In this document: positions 50,922-62,065 of the stretch, piece after piece
How positions within the stretch are numbered: position 1 is the first letter of the stretch
Layout: each line of letters begins with the position of its first letter
Source of the DNA: Octopus sinensis
Taxonomy: Eukaryota
DNA length: 64,000 nucleotides
Assembly (NCBI RefSeq): GCF_006345805.1
Contig: NC_043016.1
Coordinates: forward strand, 31,930,001-31,994,000
Direction of reading: 5' to 3'
The notes under the pieces: generated by a model
The model's database searches: none
What the model was told of the DNA's origin: nothing
The model's input: the letters and a program-made list of their open reading frames with translations, nothing else
Program-made: the position numbers and the translations under genes

Positions 50922-52246
50922 GTAAGTTACGCTAATGTTGTTATTGAGATTAATGTTTTTGTTGTGTGAGAGGTAAGCTGCTGGTGCACTGACTAAATCA
51001 CATAGTTTCAATTATCAACTTTAGCAGTTTCCTTTCTATTTATGAAAGCTAAAAATGTACTCCTCTTAAAAATGTAAAATTTGGTGCTTTTTGAGAAATT
51101 GCTATTGCTTAGACCCAGGTCCGTCTTGAACTAGCTTTGATTATATCTAATCCAGTCATGACCATCCTGCTTTCTATTCAGTCATATAATACCACATTAT
51201 CCAAAGTATCTCTCCTTTTTAAAAATAGCAATATATTTTGAGGTAGTACTGGTTGCTGTTTGTAATAGAATGAGCAACTACATAAAGGCTCTCTCATTGG
51301 CTTGTTGAGAAGCAGTTATTTATTCCCTAGTTCTTATTAAACTTAGACCCAAATTTCCAATTTATGATTAATTATACACCACTGATTAACAGAAAAAAAT
51401 AGAATGCACTTGGTAGATATTTCTTCATGTATCAGTCTGATTTTATGCCTGTGTATTAAAAAACAAACAACCAACCTCTTATGTATATAAAATAGTTATG
51501 GCCAGGTTTATATGCATAGCAGTCCTGTAGTTTGATGCCTCTTACCATTCCATTTGGTAGTTTGAGCTTGCTGCTTGTAATGGAATGAGCAACTATATAA
51601 ATCTTAAATATTTTTAGAATTGCTAAAATAATATTTACATTATGTTGGATTGAATCAAATAGCCATAAAGCTTTACTACCAAGTATTTTAGTTGAGATAA
51701 ATTTTTTATTATATATTGAAATTATGATGTCATTCAAACAGAATGAGACTACTGAAATAGGTGTACTGGATATTTAGTTCCAACCTTGTTGAGGTTTTTG
51801 ACTTTTTCATTTCAAGGAAATCAAGAAAATGTATTGTGTGTGCCAGGTCTGTTCAGTCAGATAGGCCTTTCCCAGATCACACCAATTTATGGTCTTATGC
51901 CATTGTAAGAAATCAGTATTTTAGTTTTCTGTTTTGCATCAAATGTTTGTTTTAAGAGAATTAATGAAAGCCATAACTTTTCATTTATGTACCAGCAAGA
52001 AATAATTATTTTACAACCAAAAATCTAGTCACAATATCAAATTATTTGAAATGAATATTTTTCTGTAGTAATTTAGTAAAACTGGAATAATAGTTGATAT
52101 TTTTGTTTTGTGTGACATACAATTGTTTCATAATTTCTTAATAATAATCACTACTGATTTTTACCTTTTTTTTTAAAGTTTATTCTTAAGCTATAAATTT
52201 AATACATTTCAGAATATTTCTCTAACTTATTTTATATATATTTTAG

Positions 52247-52333
52247 ATTGGGCAGATGAGGCTTTGCCATCTACAAATATTTTGAGGTTGATTTACCAAG
52301 GACGGTTTCTTCATGGAAATGTAACCCTTGGAG
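52247..52333 (+). CDS. UBL3: UBL3 coding exon 3 (DWADEALPSTNILRLIYQGRFLHGNVTLG + 1 nt)
   Basis: CTAAC branch-like motif near 52222, TTTAG acceptor at 52245-52246, 87 nt, donor GTAAGT at 52334. Phase 1 is compatible with exon 2. Contains the hallmark NILRLIYQGRFLHGNVTLG. CDS is partial; later exons were not seen in the window. Confidence 0.97.
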
Positions 52334-52784
52334 GTAAGTAACATTTATTTACTTTTTTTTTACATCTTAAATTTAATAATTAACTCTTTTTGTTACAATA
52401 TTTCTATTGAAATACACTGCCTTTGTTTCAATTAATTTTTAGAATAATATTTAGTAAAATAACCTCATTATTAATCTGGGGTCTGGAGTAATTTAGCATA
52501 AAATTTTGTCAGAATATTATGATTTAGACCTCTTTAAAACTGTAAATTTATGTGATAGAACATGGGGTAGTCCCAGGTGGGCTGGTAACCAAAGGGTTAA
52601 AAGGTGGAAGGTACTATGAAACGAGAGGTAGACTCTCTAATAGCTAAAATTGCAGTTTAGTTTCAATTTATATTTGAATCCATCTCATTTCAATTATGTT
52701 GTTAATGCCTTGGTGAATAACATGATTTTCAGTTTTTCGGTTTGTAAGTATACAATTTTTGGCAAAGTAATATACCATCAGTTA

Positions 52785-55160
52785 ATGGCTGCTTTCCATG
52801 CTGGCATGGGTTGGATGGTTTGAGAGGAGCTGGTAAGCCGGAGGACTGTGCCAAGCTCTATTATCTGCTTCGGCATGGTTTCTACAGCTTGATGCTCTTC
52901 CTAATATCAACCACTTTACAGTATGTACTGGGTGCTTTTTATTTGGCACCAGCACCAGAATGGTCACCAAATAACTTGAAAGAGGGAGTGGTATTGAGAG
53001 AGGTGGTTTTGTGTTTGATGAGCGGCTAAACTCTGCAAGAGGGACAGAAACAGATGTCTTGCTGTAGAGAAGATACATAGCTACCCCAGTTAGTGAGAGA
53101 GACAGAGAGAAATGGTGGTAGAGATGTCGAGACAGCTAGGTGAAATGATACAGCCGATTGGACAGAGTGAGTGGAAAGAAGGGTGATAGAGGAGGAAGTG
53201 TGAGGGAGATGTTTAGAGAGTTGAGGTAGATCTGACTGTAGCTAGTGATATAATGAGAGATGTAGGAGTGTGGCTCAGAGTGGAGTGGTGTGGGGGATTG
53301 AGAGCAAAGCAGATAAGAGGTGTTAAGGACAGAGTATAGCAGAGGAAGGTGAGAGAGAGCAATGGCAGAAGGCACAGAAAGCCAGTGATTTGTGGAAACA
53401 GTGGAAGGAAGGGGAAGATAATGAGGAATGGAAGTGGTTGTGTGGGGATAGTATGTTGTTATTCTGCTCTCAGGTGATGATTTCAGCAGCTAAGTAGTAC
53501 CATAGTCAGAGAAGATACAAGTGTTAGGGGCTAAGGTATTGGAGAAAAGCTTGATAACCCCACCAACCATAGGGTATAATTTCTGCTATGGTGGTTGGGT
53601 TTTCTCGACCACAGCAAAATGCCAGTAATCTCCTACTTCTAATACTTCATCCAATGTCTTCCTGTATCTCCATCTTCTACAAGTTCCATCTACTTTAAGC
53701 AATTAACTCTTCTTTATGCAACTCTCCTGATCCATATTCATTACATGACCAAACCAGTGAAGCCTTCTCGCTTGCACACTAAATCTAATTTCTCTAATGC
53801 CTAACTTTTCTCTCAGTATGCTAGCACTTTGTTACATGAGTGCTGATATTGCAATCCAACAGAGCACACATGCTTCATTTTTTTCTAGTCTTTGTATGTT
53901 CTCCGTATTTAGGCCCCACATCTCACTACCTTGTAACAATTGCAGTTTGTACACCAGCATTATATAATTTTCCTTTTATTTGGAGAGGCCTTTTGCTGTC
54001 AACAGAGGTAAAAGTTCTATGAATTTTCTCCTTCCTCATCTTATTTTAGCAACTATTCTTTTAGGACAGTCGTCTCTACTGCTAATTAGGTCACCTAAGG
54101 AACAGAAATTATCAATTACCTCTAGAGAGCTTCCAGAATATTTGAGAAAATGTATTTGTGTATCTGTAGTCTTTATGACACCTATGCACCTTCCACACAC
54201 AAACACTTCTTTCTCCATTAACCTTCCTATAATTCCACTGAGCCTCTTGTATGTCCATGGCTTACACTAGGTATACCATATGAAATTCCTGTCTGCTACA
54301 TACTGAAAGGGCCATTCACCTGAAGGATGTTAAGCTTTGTCTATTTTCTTGTTTACTAGAACTTTAGTCTTTGCTAAGTTAACTCTAAAACCCTTCAGTT
54401 CCAAGTTTTGCCTCCACACCTGGAGTTTCTAACTCTGTTACAGCTTCTGCTATGAGAGTGAGATCATTGGTGTAATAGTTGTTTCCAAGGGCAGCCAGTC
54501 TAAAATTCCTCAATCATCATCAGGAGGACAATGATGAATAGGAGAGGACTGAGATCTGAGCCCTGATGAATGCCTACCTGTACACTAAATTTGTCACTGT
54601 ACTTATGGTTAACTTTTACCTTACTGACGGCACCCCAGTCCATGGCCTGTACAGTTTTGACAAGCTATTTGTTTATCTTTAGCTTCCTCATTGCCCACAT
54701 ATCACAGAACAAGGATTTTTCTAGGTCAATGGATGTTAGTTACAGTGGTTTATTCTGAGCTAAATACTTTTCCTGTATTCATTTGACTAAAAGATAGTGT
54801 CAGTAGTACTTCTCCCTATCACAAAGCCAAACTACATTTCATCTACTCTAATTCTGTTCCTGATTAATTGGGTTGTAACTATCTCTGTAACTTTTATGAT
54901 GTGGTCCACTAATTTGATACTTCCATAATTACTTCTGTCTTTACCCTTTAGCAGCTGACTATTATGCTGCTACACCAGTCATTGTGGACGGCACCTTCTT
55001 GAATAAGCTAATTAACTACATGGGTAACTAGACTGTATCCTACTTCACCAGGTATTTTAAGCATCTCGGCAGTAATTCCAAATGGACCAGAGACTTTCCT
55101 TGTCTTCATATCCTTAATTACTTTATCTGTCATACTGCTGTCAGCTAGAATAGCTGGCCT
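52785..55160 (-). mobile_element. 5'-truncated RTE LINE running from RT through C-terminus and long 3' UTR into a family B tail
   Basis: Minus-strand NYGSIKL.., EM*FGFV, LEVIDNFCSLGDLISSRDDC and LREKLGIREIRFSVQARRLHWFGHVM; purine-rich UTR on + at 53000-53530; tail CATGCTGGCATGGGTTGGATGGTTTGA near 52797. Confidence 0.88.
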
Positions 55161-55559
55161 CTGTTGGGTTCACATATGCGGGGGGGGGGGGAGGAGGGCT
55201 CCCATTCATGAAGTTACTTAGATTTAAGAAACAAGACACGGTAGATATGCTCTTGTAAATTGTGAGCCAGTGCCATATCTAGTTGGCTACTTCACGTCAG
55301 CTTAACTAAATCATCTCTTTTAATGTCCATCTTTCCATGCTTGCATGGGTCAAATGGAATTTGTTGAGGAAGCAGATTTTCTACACCCAGATGACCTTCC
55401 TGACCCCAACCCTCACCTGTTTCCAAGCAAGGAAATTTTTTCCCATGGTCAGACACACACTTTCCATGATTGTGATGTTCATTTAGAACCATCACGTAAT
55501 GTCAAGCATGGGTGAAATCCACCTGCCCACCCACCCATCCACACACACACATATGCGCT

Positions 55560-55710
55560 TGGCAGGCTTTCAGTTTTTGTTTTACCAAATTCACTCAAGT
55601 CTTTGATTGGCCCAGGACTAGATAGACTCTTACCCTGAGGTACCATACAGTGGGACTGAACCTGAAACCACATGGCTAGAAGACTGGCTTTTTAACCACA
55701 CAACCATGCA
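55560..55710 (-). mobile_element. Family A SINE head
   Basis: GGCTTTCAGTTTT...GGGACTGAACCTGAAACCACATGG...TTAACCACACAACCA. Confidence 0.75.
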
Positions 55711-56112
55711 TGCATCTAATGCAGAGAAAAAAAAAACCTAATAAAACAGAGACTATAAATTTTTTGTATTCATAAACATGTAAATTCTTTGAACTTCCTA
55801 ATAATTATTAACTTGCTGCGTATCATAGAGGACAAAACAAGAAGGGAAGTTAAGTATGACTCAAACCCTTATCTAGTATATATATATATATATGAACAAT
55901 AAGATATTGGTATATCTCATGACCATATCTAATCTCTTTTTCTTATCACCAGATTCACTTGAAAATTCACAAATGTATTCCATGCCCAAACTTAAGGTTG
56001 ATCATTGCTTACTGTAATTTATATGTAGTTTTGAACTTTAATTATGTAAACAATCACGTAGAGGAAACAAACGAAAAAGATAAGGTTGATAATTACAATA
56101 TAAGAATTTAAA

Positions 56113-56129
56113 ATTCCTTATTTTTAGTC

Positions 56130-56183
<54 letters not shown>

Positions 56184-56202
56184 ACACACACACACACACA
56201 CA
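56113..56202. repeat. (CA)n microsatellite, about 45 units with one interruption
   Basis: Directly visible. Confidence 0.98.
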
Positions 56203-56544
56203 ATTGAGGAGTAATTATATAATAATTTTTGAGATTATAGAAAAGGCTTTAGAAATGCCATAAAATTTAGTGGTATTGATTTTTCAAGTTATCTTGGTAA
56301 AAATCAGCATTTGTATCTCCCCCATTCCCCAGTTTAAAAATTTCCTTGTTTGTTAACAATGTAATTAGATCACTTTATGGAATTTCTTCAAATTAAGAAT
56401 TATAGTTTCTGACTTTAACAAAATTAAATGCTTTTATTTTATTTTTGAGAAGTTATCATTTTAGGAAATAAGTGCTACAGTATCAGAGAACATGCCTTGT
56501 AGTATTTTTTTTTTTTTGGTTCTTTATGATTGTACATGAAGACA

Positions 56545-56990
56545 CATGGCTTTGTGGTTAGGATGTTGCACTCATGATTTGCAAGGTTGTGGGTTTGATT
56601 CCTGAACTGGGCAGTAAGTTAGTCCTTGAGCAAAGTACTTCATTTCACATTGCTCTAGTGCTGTGTGGGAATTGGTATGTCAAAGGATAGTCCCAACATT
56701 GTCGTTAAAGGCAACTAAAAGAGGTTTGCACTCCTACCTTGTAAAACCTTCACCAGAGAGACCCATGGGTTGGAGGGCTGTCATCTGAGTGGTGCAAAGA
56801 TGTCACCTGTTAGGGTTTGGGAATTACCAACATGGTGGATGCAGCAATGTGCTGTTACAGCACTTGCGCCCCAGCTTAGCTTTTTATTCCCTCAGAGGCT
56901 GGGGTGGGGGTGTCAGTGTTTTCAGCTAATCCTACTCCCACTCCACATCAAATTTGTTGGCTTTGTTCATAAATTAGAGACAATATTGTA
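56545..56990 (+). mobile_element. Family D-like SINE head with GC-rich body
   Basis: TGGCTTTGTGG...GGGTTTGATTCC...TTGAGCAAAGTACTTCATTTCACATTGCTCTAG. Confidence 0.6.
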
Positions 56991-57668
56991 TTTAGTTTGA
57001 TCCTTAATCCGACTTCAAACACTGTTGTCTTTTGTTCTTGGCTTGACATAAGTTACTTGTAATATAATATTACTTAAGTAAATTCACTAATTGCCTGTGT
57101 GGCTAAGACGTTTGCTTTGCAAAGGCAAACAGGTAGTTCTGGGTTCAATCCCACTCTGCAACACCGTTGGCATGTTTTCTCTCACTGCCTCAGATTGACA
57201 GATCTTTCGCATATGGAACATCATAATCAAAACTGTGCAAAAGCCATTGTGTGTATGAGAGTCTGCTTTTGTTTTTACTATTTTGGGTGCTCCTTGAGAC
57301 ATCTTTCTATGGTGAACCCTTATTTTCATGTTTGAACCCCTAGCTGCTGAATATTTTTCACTTGTGTGATAGGTGTAGGCATCACTACAGGCACAGCTGT
57401 GGTTATGTTGTTAAGAAGTTTGCTTCTTAACAATATAGCCATGTATTGCTTTGGATTCAGTTCACACTAGAATTTGTTTGATGGAAACCGAAAGAAGCTT
57501 ATCGTGTATATATTAGTGACAGAGGCAGTATTACTACCAAGAGGTAATATTTATCCCCACTTAAACATGGATGTTCTGTTAGGACAAACTTTACTGCAGT
57601 TTCTCACTCACACACACACACGCATATATATATATAATCAAAATAAGCAACAAGGATATCCAGAGGTA

Positions 57669-57757
57669 ATGCAGTACAATCGTTTCATGCAACTTCATTT
57701 AATTGAACAATGCAAACATTACATCAATTTAAAATGCAGAGCAAACTTCAGCTGCAT
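57669..57757 (-). ncRNA. Type I hammerhead ribozyme motif (antisense), core A9 mutated
   Basis: Minus strand: ATGCAG-CTGAAGT-[stem II]-GAAA-C-GATT-GTA-CTGCAT; stem I is perfect at 6 bp. Confidence 0.7.
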
Positions 57758-57811
57758 AAAAATATAACTATACAAATGAATCCTTCAAATTTAACTAAAT
57801 TCTATATTTTT

Positions 57812-57900
57812 ATGCAGCTGAAGATTGCTCTACATTTTAAATTGATGTAATATTTGCATTGTTCAATTAAATGGAGTCGCATGAAACGATCATACCGCAT
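57812..57900 (+). ncRNA. Type I hammerhead ribozyme motif (sense to UBL3), cleavage triplet mutated
   Basis: ATGCAG-CTGAAGA-[long stem II, 57825-57882]-GAAA-C-GATC-ATA-CCGCAT. Confidence 0.7.
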
Positions 57901-57979
57901 TACCTCTGGATATCCTTGTTGCTTGTTTTGATTATAATCACCCCATTTTGAATTATATGGATAATACCATACTAAATTC

Positions 57980-58033
57980 TGGTGCCTTTAACTTAAGTAC
58001 CATATTCATCTGAATCTAAATTTTAATGAACTT

Positions 58034-58069
<36 letters not shown>

Positions 58070-58116
58070 GAAATAATTAAGATTCAGTTGAATTAGGTAC
58101 TTAAGTTGAGGCACCA
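57980..58116. repeat. Inverted repeat (about 37-bp arms) around a (TA)/(GA)n loop
   Basis: TGGTGCCTTTAACTTAAGTACCATATTCATCTGAATCT versus AGATTCAGTTGAATTAGGTACTTAAGTTGAGGCACCA. Confidence 0.85.
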
Positions 58117-58150
58117 AGTCAGTCCTCGCAGCTCGTAGCTGGTTGAATAA

Positions 58151-58413
58151 AAAGCAAATAAGTAACAAGGATGTCCGGGTATTAGTGCATTAGGGCCGTT
58201 TCAAGTAGTTCCATTTAATTGATCAATGCAAACATTACATCAATTTGTTAAAAAATTTTAATAGAGTATCCTGTAGGTTGGAAATCTATATGAGAATGGA
58301 GGAGAGTGGTTTATTTCAAATTGATGTAATGTTTGCATTGATTGATTAAATGGAGCCACTTGAAACAGCCGTAATGCACTGATATCTGGACATCCTTGTT
58401 GCTTATTTGCTTT
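58151..58413. mobile_element. Second foldback, sister family of 57633-57936, with hammerhead 3' halves only
   Basis: Arms of about 97 bp; + arm GAAAC-AGCC-GTA-ATGCAC (58362-58379), - arm GAAAC-GGCC-CTA-ATGCAC (58202-58185). Confidence 0.8.
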
Positions 58414-58643
58414 ATATATATTATACATACATATAGCATGCATGACTGTCTAATTGAAACATGCTTGTTCTTTTTTTTTTATGTTTTCTCTTTCCTCATC
58501 CCTCCCCTCTGTAGAAGAACATAAGCTTGAAACATTAGATTTCTTCCAGTTTTCTTGAGTGTCAACCTAATACACATTGTTTCTTTTTTTGTTTTTTACC
58601 TTATCTTCATGTGTGTGTGTTTTCCTTGTATTATATATATATG

Positions 58644-58675
<32 letters not shown>

Positions 58676-59119
58676 ATGTGTGTGTTTGTGCCTCCTTGTC
58701 TTCACTGCATGGGATAGTTATAAAGAGTGTTATTTCCATGCAAGCAAAGTTCCTTGTTTCTGGTCATTCATGGGATAACAACACCTTGCTGCAAACGAGG
58801 GAGAGTTGAAGAAAAGAAGGGAAATAGTCTCAACAAATTGTCTCACTCCTGCAAGCATGATGGTGACAATGATTAGTACACAAATGTTACAACTGGTCAG
58901 GTGATGTCATTGCGAAGAAATGTGGGGTCAAGTATACATATACAAGTGTGTGTGTATATGTACAAATATGTATATATATGTTTATTGAATGAATGCTTAA
59001 TAGTACATGGCATGCTATACAAGCTCAATTGACTATTCTGTAATCAGAAACGTAAAAAAATAGTAGCTTTCATTTATATCCTGTTTATTAAATTATACAC
59101 ACGCACGCACACATATATA

Positions 59120-59450
59120 CACTGTGGCACCTTGAGCAAGTGTCTTCTGCTATAGCCTCGGCTGATCAAAGCCTTGTAACGAAAATTGAAAGAAACCTGT
59201 TGTATATATATATGTGTGTGTGTGTGCGTGCACGCATGTTTGTGTTTGTCCCCCACCATCGCTTGACAACTGATGTTGGTGTGTTGACTTCCCTGTAACC
59301 TAGCTCTTTGGCAAAAGAGATCCAATAGAATGAGTACTAGGCTTACAAAGAATAAGTCTTGGGGTCGATTTCTTCGACTAAAACCCTTTAAGGTGGTGCT
59401 CTAGCATGGCTGCAGTCAAATGACTGTCACATGTAAAAGAATAAAAGAAC
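59120..59450 (+). mobile_element. tRNA-head SINE, family A (head partly truncated)
   Basis: GTGGCACCTTGAGCAAGTGTCTTCTGCTATAGCC through GCATGGCTGCAGTCAAATGACTG and an (A/G)-rich tail. Confidence 0.88.
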
Positions 59451-59659
59451 AAAACAACTGTCCACATGGGATAATTCATGCATCAAAGTATGAAGAAACA
59501 CAGTGAAACTTGCCAAAATCATTAGAACTAATCATTAGTATGCAAATTTTATAGATAAAGTAACACACACACACACACACAATTGCATATAAACACTTAC
59601 ATAAATGATAGATGAGTGTAAAAAATTAAGGACTATTTTGAAGAGCAAATTCATCATCA

Positions 59660-60150
59660 TTATTTAATGTCCATGGTCCATGCTGGCATGGGTTGGATTG
59701 TTTGACCAGGGCTGGCAAGCTAGAAGGATGCACCGGACTCCTGTCAGATTTGGCATGGTGTTCTATGGCTGGATGCTCTTCCTAATGCCAACCACTCCAA
59801 GAGTGTAATGGGTGCTTTTAGGTGCCACTGGCACAGGTACTATTTGTATGACACCAGTATCTACCACGACTACTATTTCACTTGGCTTTATGGGTCTTCT
59901 TCTCAAGCACAGCATAATGCCAAGGGTCTTGATCATTTATCATTGCCTCCGTAAGGCCCAACATTCAAAAGGTACTTTTCACATGCCACTGGCATTGGCC
60001 ACCTTGCTGCCATGAGGCCTAACACTCAAAAGCTGCGTTCTACGTGCCACTGGCACTATGATTTCACTTGGCTTGACGGGTCTTTTCTAGTATGGCACAT
60101 TGCCAAAAGGTCTGTCAGTAGCCATTTCCTCCATGAGGCCCTACGTTCAA
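59660..60150 (-). mobile_element. Long family B tail with an internally duplicated 110-150-nt module
   Basis: GTGCCACTGGCAC...ATTTCACTTGGCTT..GGGTCTT...GCCAA.GGTCT...GGCCC.AC.TTCAAA at about 59822-59971 and 60043-60150. Confidence 0.8.
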
Positions 60151-60302
60151 AGATCGAAAATAAGTAAATTCAAGTTATAGTTGGTTCAGTGCTGAAAATG
60201 GAAAAAAATTTACAAGGCATGATTTTTTTTATTGTTGTTTTCAAAACTTTGTTTACAGTGTTTTTAAAAACAATATTGAGGATTTTTTTTCCAGATTATT
60301 GT

Positions 60303-60346
<44 letters not shown>

Positions 60347-60677
60347 TGAATGATTTAAATTATCTGACTTAAAAATCCAAATATACCCTATGAGAAATAA
60401 GCTGTCTTATTTCAATTTCTTTATCTCAATATATATGTGTCTGTACATGTCTACATGTGTGTATATATTAAATAAATTATTATTACCAGTGACCCATTTA
60501 TTTTTTATTACCATATTTACTATGTTTAAATATTGTGTGTATATATATGTAGATGTAGAGAGAGGGAGAGTGAGAGTTACATGTATGGTTGTAAGTACAT
60601 ATGTATATGTATGCACATTGTACTCGTGTGTGTCTGGTCATTCAGCAGCTGTAGGTCTGTACACTGAATATAATATA

Positions 60678-60679
<2 letters not shown>

Positions 60680-60710
<31 letters not shown>

Positions 60711-60976
60711 GTGTGTATATATATGTATGTGTATATATATGTATGTGTATATATATGTATGTGTATATGTGTGTGTGTGTATATATATGTGCATGTATGT
60801 GTATATATGTGTGTGCGTATATATATATATGTGCATGTATATGTGTATATATGTATATGTATATATATATATATGTGCGTATATATATATATATGCGTAT
60901 ATATATATATGTGTGTGTATATATGTGTGTATATATATGTGTATGTATATGTGTGTATGTATGTATATATATATAT
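60680..60976. repeat. Compound (TA)/(TG) low-complexity tract
   Basis: Directly visible; source of the Y/I/C/V ORFs at 60390-61269. Confidence 0.95.
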
Positions 60977-61202
60977 TTCTTTACTACCCACAAGGGGCTA
61001 AACACAGGGTACAAACAAGGACAGGCATATGGATTAATTCGATTACATCGACCCCAGTGCGTAACTGGTACTTAATTTATCGACCCCGAAAGGATGAAAG
61101 GCAAAGTCGACCTCGGCGGAATTTGAATTCAGAACGTAGCGGGAGACGAAATACGGCTACGCATTTCGCCCGGCGTGCTAACGTTTCTGCCAGCTCGCCG
61201 CC
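60977..61202 (-). mobile_element. Young family C SINE, CpGs intact
   Basis: Minus-strand head GGCGGCGAGCTGGCAGAAACGTTAGCACGCCGGGCG...; B box reads GAATTCAAATTCC (one change versus the 20 kb copy); inserted in a long (TA/TG)n tract. Confidence 0.92.
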
Positions 61203-61299
61203 TTTGTATATATGTATATATATACACACACACACACACACAAATGTATGTGTGTGTGTATCTACATGAAATCATAGTCATGGAAGTTGCTGATATGTT

Positions 61300-61495
61300 A
61301 ATGACACCTGTGCCAGTGACATGTAAAAAGCAACCTCTACACTCTTAGAGTGGTTGGCATTAGAAAGAGCATCTAGCAATAGAAACAATGCCAAATCAGA
61401 TTGGAACCTGGTGCAGCTCCCCAGCTATACCAGTTTCAGTCAACCCATCCAACCCATGCCAGCATGAAAAGTGGATGTTAAATGATGATGATGAT
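61300..61495 (+). mobile_element. RTE-LINE 3' tail (family B)
   Basis: GTGGTTGGCATTAGAAAGAGCATC...CCAACCCATGCCAGCATGAAAAGTGGATGTTAAAT(GAT)n. Confidence 0.85.
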
Positions 61496-61500
61496 GATTT

Positions 61501-61534
<34 letters not shown>

Positions 61535-61594
61535 ATATATACATACACACACATGCATATGCATAAATTGTACAAAGAATTGCCAATTGCTAAA

Positions 61595-61750
61595 GCTAGA
61601 ATCTTGTGAAACGAGGAAGATATTGGATGAAGTAGTGAAGGTTGATCTCAGGATGTTGAACCTCACAGAGAACACAACAAAAAGGCAGTTATGATTGGTG
61701 ATATGCAGTGGTCAAGAAAATCCAACCTGCTATGCTTGCATGACAAAAAT
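61595..61750 (+). mobile_element. RTE C-terminal fragment with short 3' UTR
   Basis: RKILDEVVKVDLRMLNLTE, resembling RKTWDEVVKxDL, followed by CCAACCTGCTATGCTTGCATG. Confidence 0.6.
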
Positions 61751-61894
61751 GAAGTTCTGAAAGTATAATGTGTTTGCACACCCTGCGCATAAGTATTATC
61801 CTTCCTCATCAAGTGTACAGCTGTTTTTTTTTCTCTTTCCCTCCCCCTATTCAAACAACTGGATCTCTATCCTGGAACTATCATTCATCATTCA

Positions 61895-62065
61895 TCATCA
61901 CCATTTAACATCTATTTTCCATGTTGGCATTGGTTGAATGGTTTGACCTGAGCTGGTAAGGCCAGGGGCCACACCAAGTTCCATTGTCTGTTTTGGCATA
62001 GTTTCTTTGGTTGGATGCCTCTCTTTATGCCACCACTACACAGAGTGTACTGGGTGCTTTTAACA
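61895..62065 (-). mobile_element. RTE-LINE 3' tail (family B)
   Basis: CATCATCACCATTTAACATCTATTTTCCATGTTGGCATTGGTTGAATGGTTTGACC. Confidence 0.8.

Larger units (their letters stand above)
57633..57936. mobile_element. Foldback of two inverted Penelope-like terminal repeats
   Basis: Arms 57633-57765 and 57803-57936 (about 133 bp, 9 mismatches counted by eye), loop about 37 nt; each arm carries a hammerhead. Confidence 0.85.

Noticed and set aside
55179-55200. G-quadruplex at a poly-G run (also 556-565, and poly-C at 8610-8622)
   Set aside because: Simple homopolymers with unreliable length; no supporting context.
58151-58413. Apparent G-U bias of arm mismatches on the sense strand (about 7 of 10)
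   Set aside because: The neighbouring foldback shows the opposite bias, numbers are small, and CpG/transition decay explains the pattern.
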